Below are positions 1 to 12,600 of a stretch of DNA of 64,000 nt, piece after piece. The stretch comes from Botryllus schlosseri. Its lineage: Eukaryota. The stretch is taken from assembly GCA_051294905.1 (NCBI GenBank), contig CM119371.1, forward strand, positions 38,008,001 through 38,072,000, written 5' to 3'. Each line of letters begins with the position of its first letter. Position 1 is the stretch's first letter. A model generated the notes under the pieces. It saw nothing but the letters and a program-made list of their open reading frames with translations. It ran no database searches and had not been told where the DNA came from. Both the position numbers and the translations under genes were made by a program.

Positions 1-285
1 GACTGTGTATAGAACTGGGCCTAACGACGTGTTATCTTTTATTGGCAATAAACTCATTGTTCCTGAAGTATTTTGACTCGGTATTATTGCATTAGGAGGT
101 CTAGTTTGAAAGGCAGCATTTAGCAACGTGGTTAAAGTTGACGTTTCAATTACGTCATCAAAAACGTCAGCTCATCGCTACCTTTTGTTCACAGAATGTC
201 GTAATGTTAACGTGAGCGCCAAACGTTCAACGTTCAATAGTTAACGTAATCGTAACGTGACAGGCGCGTGATCTTGTTTGCGGGG

Positions 286-561
286 CGGTGGAAATATTAC
301 TTATCTTACTACGAATCAAAATCGATTACATTTATGTCACGAAAATTCAGAGTGCATTTATGTCCTAGCCGCGCAAAGTGCGAAACATTTTTGAAGGTAA
401 AAAGAATTCAGTTGTTGATATCGTTACTTGCATATATTGCGGGTCGCCTCTGTATACCGCTCGGATAAGTTTGCAAGGGCTAGACCCGGGGTTATCAACC
501 TTTGTTTTGCCGTTGCCCTTTTTCCGGTTTGAAAATGATATGTGGCCCACCTCTTATCCTA
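286..561 (+). repeat. Third copy of the segment upstream of the lectin gene (=7951-8226)
   Basis: Near-identical to 7951-8226 and to the corresponding copy-B segment (~29359-29634). Confidence 0.9.
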
Positions 562-685
562 AACCGCGGGCCTTATAATATGGGGAATGGCGCCATACCA
601 TGCTATTTTCTAAAACGTGCTGTTCGAGAAAACAGAGGATTAGCATCGCATTTCCATATCAATACTATCATTTTCTTCCCATTAT

Positions 686-3062
686 GAATGTTCCCTCTAA
701 TTTTTGACGAGTCTGCGCAAACACCCCAACTCACTGCGCAGGCCCATAGACAACAGTGCGCAACCTGGCCCCCCATATGGTGATAAGCCTAATTTCTGGG
801 GGGCTTTGCCCCCCACACCCCTCTCGGGCCTTACGCTTTTTCCCGCTACTTATCATTTATATTAGGTGTCCGTTTAGTCGGTGTATAGCCTGGACGCGCG
901 AAGCGCGAAAAATTTATATAATTCATGATTGAATCAGTCAGTATGATCGGGAATTGCATATATATTGCTATCAATTTTTATCCTCTCTCTGCTCACGTAA
1001 CCAGATTTACCGGTAAAGCTGATCAAGTAAGGTGTGTTAGACAAGGTAGGACCCCCAAATAATAATCAAATATCTTCGGGCGTACCCGTTGGTAATGACT
1101 TCGGTACATGATGCTATTTCGTGTCCTATCTGCTGTGTCAAAAGATATTGAAATCGCCCAAACGAACTAAACTAAGACGTACACGATTTCAAATTGTTAT
1201 TTCTTTGAAAAAGTTGCATAAATGTCCAAAAAATTAATCCATGATTTATGTTTATTCACGAAATAATTTTGGTTCCCCTTCGAGCTCGGGCCGCCCAATT
1301 GGGGGTTTGGGGTGCCGCAGTTACGGTCCTGTGCGTAACACCAGACGTGCGTGTATCCATTCGAGTCACATGATTCATTGATAGAATCAAAATATAGCAT
1401 TTATATTTAGTTTTATTGCATTACACCAGATAATCACATTATGAGTGAAGATGGGGGAACTACGCTCTAAACATGTTGTCTCGACTTGAAGTTAAGCCAT
1501 TGAGGGCATTTTTTTCAGAAAGCCTTCGCGTTTGGACTTTTGCTGAAATATTTTCGGGATATGCACCATAGCACACGTGCGACTCTGTGGTGTCGTAAAG
1601 GGCTAAGAAGCATTCACCCGCAATGGCGATAAACCTCGACATCATGGATATCGCACGTGTTCTGTGGTGCATATTTTGACGGTGTTTTGGCTGCAGTTCG
1701 AGTGCGGTGGCTTTCTGAAGAAAATGAATGCTATTCTTTGCCACATTTTGCTTCTCTCAGAGCACACCTTTATCGCTCGAAAAAGAAAAATTCTCACTTA
1801 ATTTTACAGTTTTTTCTTCCGTTTTCACATGCCCCGACAACAGCTATGATAAACGAATCGCACTTTTTTGCTAATTTGGCTTGGTGAGGAGATGAGAAAC
1901 TACCCATTCGTTTTGCCATTATTAAAAGCTGTCAGTATAAACTGTGCAGAATTAGCGAATATTCACTCAACGTTGGCCACACAGGCAAGCAACTATAGCC
2001 AAAACACTTGTAGGGACACAAATGGACGCCTGTAACCGCAAGTACTATAAACGGCGAATCGGAATTTTGTGCGATCATCGGTGACGTCACAATAAATCCG
2101 TGTAAATGGTGATATAGGCTACTATAGATTACTAGTAGACATACACGCACGAGAACGCACTTCAAATCAATAAAGCGATCGATGTAGGCCTACCGCGTTA
2201 AAACACTGATGTGACGTCTTAATACCGGCAATACCGGCGCTCATTACTATCAAGACATAGAGTCAGATATAATGATACGAATATTCAAGTCTGACTGAAG
2301 CAAAAACAATATAAGCGTATGACCTTATCGACGGAAGATTCCCGTTCAAACGAATCGAATGAAGCCAAAATCTGTGCTGCTGAGAAGCTGATGTAATTCA
2401 ACGCCCTTCAGTGCACTGAACAGTTGTAGCATTTCCCGATCAACGTTTGCAAAGGGATAGATTTTTTAAACAATATTGGTGCTTACTTGCATATTCTGCA
2501 TATTATCATACCTCACCATACGTGATCAGATTCGCCTGATGAAAGTGATGACTTCGAAAATTCACGGCATGTAATCTCACGTAATGCTCATGCCACGCGG
2601 AAAAGACTATTCGTTAGTTTCTCGCAGATTAACTTCGAGCTAGCCCATTGTTATTTATAACTTTGTCAAACCATGTTATTTCGCCATTCCCAGAAAAGAT
2701 TGCGCTATTGAAATGATATCAGTATCGCTCACGCGTACGGGACCATACTAAAAGAAAAATCTCTTTCATGAGGCGCACGTGATTGCAAATTCTCGTTTCT
2801 TCACAGAGCGCAATAGCTACCTTTATGGGCAGCACTTGTACCTCGGTTTCAGACTTCAGCGATAGCAGTATTTGCCCCTGGCAGTGTTCCCTCTAATTTT
2901 TCACAAGTCTGCGCGCCTGCGCGGTCCCTTAGAGAACAGTGCGCAACGACTAAAAAAAAAGTCATCACTTCGGATTTTTTGTGCGCAGCCTAGATTTTCT
3001 GTGCGCAGAGACCGTTTCAGCACTGCGCATTTGCGCACGTGCGCAGCTTAGAAGGAACGTTG
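686..3062. mobile_element. hAT-type non-autonomous or composite insertion specific to copy A
   Basis: Ends (g)aatgttccctctaa / ttagaaggaacgttg. TSD cccattat/cccatgat. Empty site at ~26127-26134. A second left TIR cagtgttccctctaa lies at 2882. Confidence 0.75.
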
Positions 3063-4179
3063 CCCATGATGTGGACGAATACTTATGCTATCGAAAATTG
3101 GATACCTGCTGGTATGCATCAATATGAATCAAGCTCGTTACCTATCGCATAGCTCAATTTGCACCTTTTTACAATCCATGTGAACGAATTAGGATCGTTT
3201 TCATAACCACTTACTTACTTGAGTAATTTTAAAGTCAGTCAATTCTACTTCTACTTCAAGTAGTTTTAGGTTGCTTATGGAAGAAGTACTTCTAATCGTA
3301 CTTGAGTAGATTTTTTCGTCGCTACTTCTACTTCTACTTGAGTAGATTTCTTGACTACTTTGACCACCTCTTGGTGTATCACATCTGTATCACAGCTGTA
3401 TCATAGCTGTATCAGCGGTATAAGTTGCCACAGCTTTGCAGCGGTTGCCTTTGATCGAATGAAGCCAGATCGAATGAGATCTGCTTGCGGTTAGTAGGTT
3501 TGGAGGTTGTCTATTACCATATACTCCCGCAGTACTGGTACTTGAAAATGCTACCAGAAGCTGTTAAAAGTGAGGAAAATTAGTATATTATGACTGCGAA
3601 GCATTCGGTATCACCGAGCAGAGTTGTAAAAAGTGGGTTTCACATGACATTAACTCGGAGCTGAACAGTCCACACAATGCCTTCGACTCGGACTCGAGTC
3701 GAAACACTATGACTCGGACTCGACACGTCACTCCGTGACTTGGACTCGGACTTGACTCGGTGGTGAATTGAAAATGACTCGACTTGACTCGAGTCAATAC
3801 TATAAAAGTGAGACTGACTTGTGACTCGGAACCTTGTGATTTGGTTAAAACCCTGATTCCAATATCCTTTAACCATATAGCAGCCGGGGCCACGGAATAA
3901 GAACATGCACCAGAATAATTAATAACGACGACCCCGCCCGTAGATAATTAAATATACTTGTATTTGAGAGCTACAAAATTAAATCCGCAGAATATTTCTT
4001 CATCGATCATAAAGGATGATACTGATTAGTGTTGTTACCCCCCTTCATGTTAAAGTTAAGAGCTTGGTGCAGTACTAAATTCAATATGAGCAAATCTCTA
4101 CCACATTCTCAGTTGATTTAGTAATCACACGAAGCAATAAAACAAAACCCAATACAATTCACTTCCCCGTATTTCCAAT

Positions 4180-5807
4180 CAGAGTTGGATCAATTGTAAT
4201 TTGTAATTGAACTGAATGTAATTATTACATTTTTTCATGTAATTGTAATTGTAATTAAGGCATTTCTATTTTGTGTAATTGTAATTGTAATTGTAATTAG
4301 ATCAAAATTTTGCTCAATTACAATCTCAATTACATTTTCATGGAAACCTGACAATCACAACATAAAATAATCATTTAATCAATCATTTATTCGTCGCACC
4401 AGTGAAAATCCGGTACGAACCAGGATGACGACGAGGAGCCTTAAGGCCTTAGTAAACAGTCACCACATGTGATAATTAGCCTATTTACATCGGTGTTCTA
4501 TGCGTGCTGCGTTATAACTAGATAATTCAGTCACGCTAAACTGTTTCCCATACTTCAGTAGCAACAGAAAACTTTGTGAAATACATTATAGGCTAAACCA
4601 GTGGTTCGCAAACTGGGGGCGTGCCCCCTTGGGCGGCGTGAAAGCATTTGAACGGGGCGCGACGCTCCAGTGAACTGAAATCTTTTCCGCGTTTGACCCG
4701 ATTCACATCCGTTTTATGGTTGTTGCTCGGTGTATAGTCTGAATTTCGTGTTGCAGAATTCTCTCATCAACAGTCATAACCTTCCATACCATCAAACTAT
4801 ATGTAAGGATTGCTAACTTTTTGGTTTCATTGTATGCTATGACGATAAGGGGGGCACGAAATATTCACTGTCATATAGGGGGACGTGTCTAAAAAAGTTA
4901 GAGAACCAGTGGGCTAATCTAAATCTTAATATTTCAAAAATGGATGAACAGATAATAAACTTTTCTGAAACCTGTGCTGAACCATTTCCTACACCACGGT
5001 CAAAGTTTTTTTTAATCTCTGACCAGTACCGAGGCTTGTTGCAACAATAGCAAAAATAAATTCAAGTTTCCAACCAAGGCTTCATCAAACTTGATCACGC
5101 ATTTGTAGAGATGTTATCCGAATCTTAACCCCAACCTTGGCCAAATTTACTGGTGCCAGAAACTTTTCGCACTATAATGTTCATCAAATGCAATCTAACA
5201 GTTTCCGAGCAAGTGAAAATGTAAATGCAAACCAAAATATTGTAATTCTTAGTTATCAGGAGGTTCTTTCCTTTTGCATTTATTTTAATTTTACGCACCT
5301 TCTCGGTATCATCCTTATCGCTGACACATTTCATTATCCTCACTCAGCTCTGAGTTGCCTAATCGTTTGATTGCATTTCATTAACTGTCCTGTAGCCTAT
5401 TCGCTGTTAGTCGCTCAAACCTTTGGTTCTTAACAGTCGCTTGAAGCATTTTTCTGTGCTTGTAGTTTTCAGTACTCATGATAAGGAATACTTCGAATAC
5501 GTTCGAGTTTTTTTCAATTAAAGGGTATTCTACATATCAGGAATGAAACATGAATAGCTTGAGATTGTTGCTAATTACGTCGCTACGGTTGTCAAAGAAC
5601 ACCTCATTACTGAATCAATCACCTGTTTAAAAGTAATTGTAATTGTAATTATAATTGTGATTAATTTCATGTTAAACAGTAGTTGTAATTGTAATTGTAA
5701 TTTGATATTTTTAGCATTGAGTAATTGTAATTGTAATGTAATTGAAACATGCAAGGAAGTAATTGTAATTGTAATTGAATTAAAATATTGTAATTGATCC
5801 AACTCTG
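4180..5807. mobile_element. hAT-type MITE with (GTAATT)n subterminal arrays, copy A only; contains nested MITE 4599-4911
   Basis: TIR cagagttggatcaatt / aattgatccaactctg. TSD tttccaat/ttgccaat. Empty site at 27239-27246. The nested element has TSD ggctaaac/ggctaatc. Confidence 0.88.
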
Positions 5808-6455
5808 TTGCCAATCGCAGAGGAGAATTCGGGATGTGTACATCGATCTTGAACCAAATACTATATGAGCCCGTATGCCTTTCCCGGTGGATGTTATAAC
5901 AACCCGAAAATATCACATACAATTATACTGTTAATTAGTCGAGTGAACTGATAGTGGAGTGCCAACCTGAAAGCGGAGTTTTACCACTTATCCATTGTTT
6001 TTACTACAGTCCTTAAAATAGGGGGGCACCAGACTCAGGCAATTTTTGAAAGGGGGCGCTGGAGATGAAAAAAGGTTAAGAACCACTGCTCTGAAGCTTG
6101 TACACTATGAATGATGTCATGTTTCAAGCAAAAAAACAAAGCCTTGGCCTCACTTATCCCTACAGCATTTCCTTATCGAGCAATTATCTTTGCCGGCGTT
6201 GAAAACCACATAAAGCAGCAACTCGAATAAGACTTCGACTACGTAGAGAAAATGATACGACATTTCTGGGTCTTGTTTCATCTAAGCTACAAATACACGA
6301 AACAACACAAGAGATAAGATTTGCCGTTGGCCATTTGGCCGGGTCTCGTTTCAGCTACAAAAGACGTAATAGATGTCAACCAATATGAGTTAGGAGCTGC
6401 TATTATCCAAATCCGGTGGATCTGCGTCAATGTGCCACAGTTCCGCGGTTGAGTA

Positions 6456-7386
6456 TTAACAGAACTCGCACACGTATAATTTCGTCGGTGTTCCTGGTTC
6501 AGCCACGAATTGCAGAGTATCGTAGGAGCTGCCGACCGCGAACGCGACCGCGGCTGCGCCAATTCTGTTCAGAGTCGTGTCACTGTCTGTGACGTATTGC
6601 TCCCCAGAAGCTTCGAAGATCCAGAAAGGATTAGTGCCGCTGCCATCGTCAGTTAAGGCCAACCAAACATCCCCTGACAATCCCAGCATACCATCGAAAA
6701 TATTTCTGGGAATGAAAATCTATTTAAAAAACACAGACGGGTCTGAAAGTATTCTGTGGCGTCATGCAGAGCATGCTGCATTACTCACTGACGATCAACC
6801 GCGGTCCGAACGTTTTTATGAGCAAGTTCGCCACCTTTAGCCCGACAATCAACAAACGCGTCTGTATTACCAGCCAATTCATCTCCAACCTCATAGCGAC
6901 ATCCTTTGTATTCAAAGTCTTCCTGGAACATAATAGCGTCTTGTAAGATTTCGGATGTGATTTACGAGCGATGTTGAAATCGAATAGGATCGCGTCTACG
7001 AACCGGATCCGGCGATGCAGTTGTCTTGGTCGTAATTGTTGTGGTGGTTGACGTCGTTGACACGATCGTCTCCTTCGGCGTCTCTGGCGTCTCTGATAAA
7101 AGCAGGCCTGTGCGCGAAAAAAATTAGGAACACGTAACCGTCATTTGATTCGTCAATGACTTAATCTATTAGCCTTGCTCCAAACATCCGCGTGAGATCT
7201 GAATTGACACTCACCTCTGAAAAATTGCGTCCACAGATACGCTCGTAAAAGCGGTTCGATCTCGATCTGACGCCTACGAACAGGTGTGTAGGTGTAGTAA
7301 TAGCCTGGAGCGTATCTTGGAACCGCCCTGAACTGGAATAACGCAAGAAAAGGGCTCATTATAAATCAAACTTGGAGGTTAACTTG

Positions 7387-7428
<42 letters not shown>

Positions 7429-7584
7429 GACTCACCACATCGTGTCTGATAGTCGGTCCGTTTGAGGTGACTGCAATGCAACAAGTGTTCTGAAATAAGA
7501 CGTCATCGATCGCATTCATACGTCACACTCACCTTCAACAAATTCTACGGACAAAAGAAGAATAAAACTAGCAAAGAATCGCAT
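6456..7584 (-). CDS. Six-exon gene, ~230 aa: signal peptide, Thr-rich linker and divergent C-type lectin-like domain (copy A)
   Basis: Hand-built exons 7584-7533, 7470-7436, 7332-7215, 7107-7004, 6922-6789, 6705-6456. All introns are GT-AG (62-107 nt) and phases are consistent (693 nt). Protein: MRFFASFILLLSVEFVEVTS...VSTTSTTTTITTKTTASPDP-EDFEYKGCRY...DCRAKGGELA...VWLALTD...KLYVCEFC*. CTLD-like C-x3-GG-x-LA, WIGL-like and terminal YVCE motifs are present. The exon 2 acceptor is the least certain. Confidence 0.78.
7389..7426. repeat. (CA)n microsatellite in lectin intron 2; shorter in copy B at ~28819-28834
   Basis: Direct reading. The length difference accounts for the 22-bp offset shift between copies. 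Confidence 0.95.
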
Positions 7585-9315
7585 CTTGGCAGACCTACGG
7601 AGATAGATTTCAACCTGTAGGGGAATTGGAAAATGACGCGTTAATGGTGATTTCGGGTGGTGCTTACGACTGGAAGCCATACGCCGTCGAAGTATTCGCA
7701 ATGCAATAGCGATAAGCAATAAGGTTGATCAGTGATCAACCCTGATATGAAGACTTCCAATCCCTCATCATTTTTCATCTACTTAATAGATAAACACATC
7801 ATTTAACAGTCACGTGCTGTATCGTATATTGCAGGGGCGACCAACCTTTTCAGCCAACGGAATACATGCAATTTACCAACCATTACGTGGGTCACTTGAA
7901 TGTTGATTACTTTTTGTAGTTGTCCGCTAGGAGCGAGCCGGATTAGTTACCGGTGGAAATATTACTTATCTTACTACGAATCAAAATCGATTACATTTAT
8001 GTCACGAAAATTCAGAGTGCATTTATGTCCTAGCCGCGCAAAGTGCGAAACATTTTTGAAGGTAAAAAGAATTCAGTTGTTGATATCGTTACTTGCATAT
8101 ATTGCGGGTCGCCTCTGTATACCGCTCGGATAAGTTTGCAAGGGCTAGACCCGGGGTTATCAACCTTTGTTTTGCCGTTGCCCTTTTTCCGGTTTGAAAA
8201 TGATATGTGGCCCACCTCTTATCCTAGTGTTATAGTCCTGTTCAATATGTGGTAATCGCCGGCGCTGATATGCCTATTTCTCTCAAATATACGCATTTTT
8301 TTTTCTTACGAATCATATTTAAATGTAGACCCCAAGCTCATGAAATCGCGCTATGCGCGACGAAAACTCTGAAGTTGCATAAATCTTCTACATCGACCAA
8401 CGAAATGACTTTGGGACCTTCGAGGTCCCCCATTTGGTGGTTAGGGGTGCGGCAGTTACAACCCTGGTAGTTCGTATAACTCGAGTGTACATTATGGCCG
8501 TACACTATTCCACTCACGTCGCGAAACTCAATCATCAAATCCTCACTTTGAGATTGGGGTTACAGTTCCACTATGGGGGGGGGGGGGAATAACATAACCA
8601 TTTTAAGCCAGCTTCAAGCAATTCTTTGGTTGATGGGATACTGCAGCAAGGAGCTTAATACCATGTACAATTGTACATATAGCATATCTTGTTATAACTA
8701 AAGTTGTCAGAACATTTCATCCAATGATAGGCTACAATCACTTCATGGGACTCTCACAGTAGGTGCAATGATTTCAAGGCCGGACATTTTAAACCGACTA
8801 CAGAGAATAAGGTGCTGCGCTAAATCCTCAATCCATCGCGATTAGTGGCGTCGGTTCCGCATAGTTTCACAGGCAGTTGATAATAATTGATAATGAATGG
8901 CAATTGTGACTATTTTATGTTACAATAATACGACCGGCCAAAGTACCGTAAATCTGTATCAAATAAAATTCAGTCCGAGTTTAATGCACACCCTTTTCAA
9001 CAGCATACGACATATGACCTTGTCGGGATACTTGTTTACTTCAGCATTAGGGTCCAGTTGTTAAACAATCGAAATAATTTTAGTTGCTGTTAATCGTAGG
9101 TTGTCATAGCCCGGAGACAATAGTCGCCATTTACCCTCCCATTTTCGACTTGCACATTGTGGATCCATACGCGTCAGTAAGTCTCATCGAAGTTGGATGA
9201 AAAGCTTTACGTAGTTTACCTACAATTCGATAATATGAATATATTTTTGAGCCAATAACATAACAAATATAACTAAACTTTAGCCAATTCTACAATTTTC
9301 TAAATAGCCCTATGG

Positions 9316-9665
9316 TAGGGTTACCATACGTCCTCTTTTCAGAGGATTTGTCATCATTTTTTACTTTTTTGAAAGTGTCCTCGGAGGACGCCCTTTTGTC
9401 CTCTTTTTTTTGAGATTTTGTCCATTTTTTTGAGAATTTTGGTCATATTTATAGCAAAATGCGACTGAGATGCCGTAAATCAGCACCGAAGTGACGCTCC
9501 GGCGGGTATTTCGGGAGCTGAGTGGAAAGTTGACCTTTTTTTTAGTCAACCGTCCACAATATAGGAAAAATTTACAATTAATTTGAGAATTCTCCTCCTA
9601 TTTTGCAAGTCTGAAAATCCTGAAAAAGTGTCCTCTTCTCGGATTTCCAAAATATGGTAGCCCTA
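9316..9665. mobile_element. MITE with TAGGGTTACCA-type TIR; duplicated at ~53458-53807
   Basis: tagggttaccat / atggtagcccta, flanked by a cctatgg repeat. Confidence 0.7.
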
Positions 9666-12600
9666 CCTATGGTCCACCTCAAAATGCTCCTGTGGCCCAC
9701 TGTTTGAGAACCCCTAAGCTAGACTAATCGGCGACTTGACGTATCAATATCGAAGGTTTCGCCCATAATGCGTATATCATTTCATCGGCGACGATCTTTC
9801 TGCGAGGGCACAGGTGAAGTCGGATGCTGAACGACACGTTGTTTCATAATTGCTAATATAGTCTGATTCAATTCTGTACCTTAGTAATATTTTTTAATAT
9901 GATAATAATTTTCTTGAGGGGTACCGATAACAGAAGCAAGCCACCGAGTGACATTAAATTTCAAAAGTTCAAGTTAAATAAATGCGCCGCGAAATATTCA
10001 ACTTTATTGTAATATACGAAAATCTACAAACATGCGGTTGGTCCCTGACTACGCCAATCCGTCGGCGCTGATAGTTTAGTCGTCAAGATACCAAGTTTTG
10101 TGGTCAAGCCAATCAGATTTTTGACTGGCCTTACAAGTAATAAATTATCTGGGCATTTGATATAACTAATTTAGACAATTACCTCGCGGGGCACTCAAAA
10201 CCTTCTTACGGGTGACAGGTTGGTCATCCCCAATATATTGCATCGATTCCCAACCAGAAAGCGTTTGCTTTTTCTCTGGGGTTCGCCGAGACGACAATAA
10301 AATCATCATCATCATCATCATCATTTTAACAACATTGTTATTAAATCAAAACACCCGCCATCTCACTGATTCTGCATTTTTCGTTCATGAATTGAATGAA
10401 TTACGTATTTGTTACAGTTGTAACGGAATGGCAATTGTTGCGCACATAGTCGTTGATATGAGTTACCGCGACGCAAGTTTCCGAACCGCTGATGCATATA
10501 TTCAACTAAGCATTATTTCTCGGCTGTGACGTGGGCCTATTTCTCTCGCGCGGAATCGCGGAAGTGCTCGTTTGTGAGAAGTTTGCAGCGTTGCTAGTTA
10601 CTTGTGAGTAGCGAAATATCTGTACAACGTATGGTGTCGCCCTCGTGTAAAATGACGCTTGACGATTGATCTCGAAGCACCATGAATACCAAACGAACAA
10701 ATCATCACATCAACAATAACGGCCTGATGTGAGTCGGATTGTAGGCAGAGTATTGTATATCATCGATCATGGAGCGCTTATTAAACTCAGCTTAAACCGG
10801 AAGGATGTTCCTAATTCGAACCCGAACCAGATAAGTCTGACCAAACTGCACAATTATTACAACAAAAATCCAAGTAAACAATCCTGACTCTCAACAACAG
10901 AAACTCAAAGGGGAAATTCGGACGCCAAACGCTCTCTGCCAACTATCTTGAAATTGGAAGTCGATGACATTCGAAGTGAATATAAGCTCTACGTATTTTT
11001 GAGACGCTTTTTCGTGCCTTCCTTGCAATACACTATAATTTGAGACATTCTAGTCTAGCTAGTCTAGCTAGTCTGTTTTAACTGTTATCTCGGCAATCAG
11101 GAGACATCGTTGTGGCACATGCTCCCTGTATTTCTGATTTCTGATTTCTGACGGATAACAGTTAGTTTGGTGCAAAGAATGTTCAGATGCGCGCCAAACT
11201 CAACGTATACCCGAGTTTAGTCGCCTACCGGCTTCCAATGAAGATTCCCTAACGTTGAAATACCGGAATGTTCATGGCATAGATCTGTCGATCATTTGAA
11301 GAATTTTATGAACACCGCTTTAGTCTGTGGTAAAACATAGGCCTATACACACGCTCGGCTTGGCGTGACACATAATTTAACGTAACCTACAATGCGCTTA
11401 CAGAATCACCGCCGTTATAGCAGACTCCGCCGTTCTATGGTCGCTGGCACGCCCACGCTACAGTCAACGGCAGCTAATTTCAAACGCAATTAGCTAAATC
11501 CTAACGACTTTCCTGTGAGCTTATTTCATGCAGGCTCATTGACGTTTTTTGATATCAATATTGAGACATGGATATGCATCATTTTTGAGATTTTCCGAAT
11601 TATGGACCACCCTAATGTCCTCCTCTAGAAGGATTTGTCCTCCATTTTCAGATAATCGAAAATGTAATCCGAGGACGCCTGAACGTCCTCATTTTTTTGG
11701 AAAGTCGTCCTACTCTACAGCTTTGACACATTAGCTAATAATGGACAGGCTCAATTAAAAAACGCAATGAATGACGCGAAATATGTAATGCGGATGTTTG
11801 AGCGGGTCATTCGGGAGTTGAACTGAAAAAATGACTTTTTTTTAGTCAACAACACAGCAGTAAAGTTAAGAAGTGGGTAAATCGGGAGTCGAGACGGAAT
11901 GATGACCTTTTTTTCGGTAAAAGTATTAAAATCAGCCGTTTTTGTTTCCGGTAATATAACTTGTACGATTCTCCTTACTCGATTTCAAAATCTCGTAACT
12001 CTTGCATATTTCTATGCTCCTTTTGTTTAAGTCGTGTATAATCTGGCATTAGCCCGGCGTATGCGTTTTGAGGAATACAACCGTAAACACGGATGTTTGA
12101 ATTTGGTGCGTCATTATTTAATCGCGATTCGGATCTCTCTGGAGGCCGGAGGCCTTTTGAGCCAGACGATACAGCAGTGCGACCACCGATATTTTATTGA
12201 TCATTTGTGTAACTATTGTAGTCTCCATGAACTCCGCATATAACGATTTCGCATTGGCGTTTTCGATTCGGTTAATAACTACAGTTTGATTCATATTTCC
12301 ATAAAACTTAGTGTGCACTTTTTTGCCTTTTCAGCATTGTGTGTCAATGTCACCGACTCGTTCCTATTGGGGACTAGACTGAAACCACAACAGCGCAGTC
12401 AGAGGGTTATGATGCGGCCTATGAACATGCCAGACATTTGCTGTCTTAAGGGATTATTATCTAATGAAAGTAGGCTATTTTACCTACTTTTATATTATTT
12501 ACTCAGAATTACTTCGCGGGCCGGATGAAATGGTATGGCGGGTCGTAGGTTTGACAATCCTGCTCTAAAGAAAACGTTGCGCACTATATATCTTCTGAAT

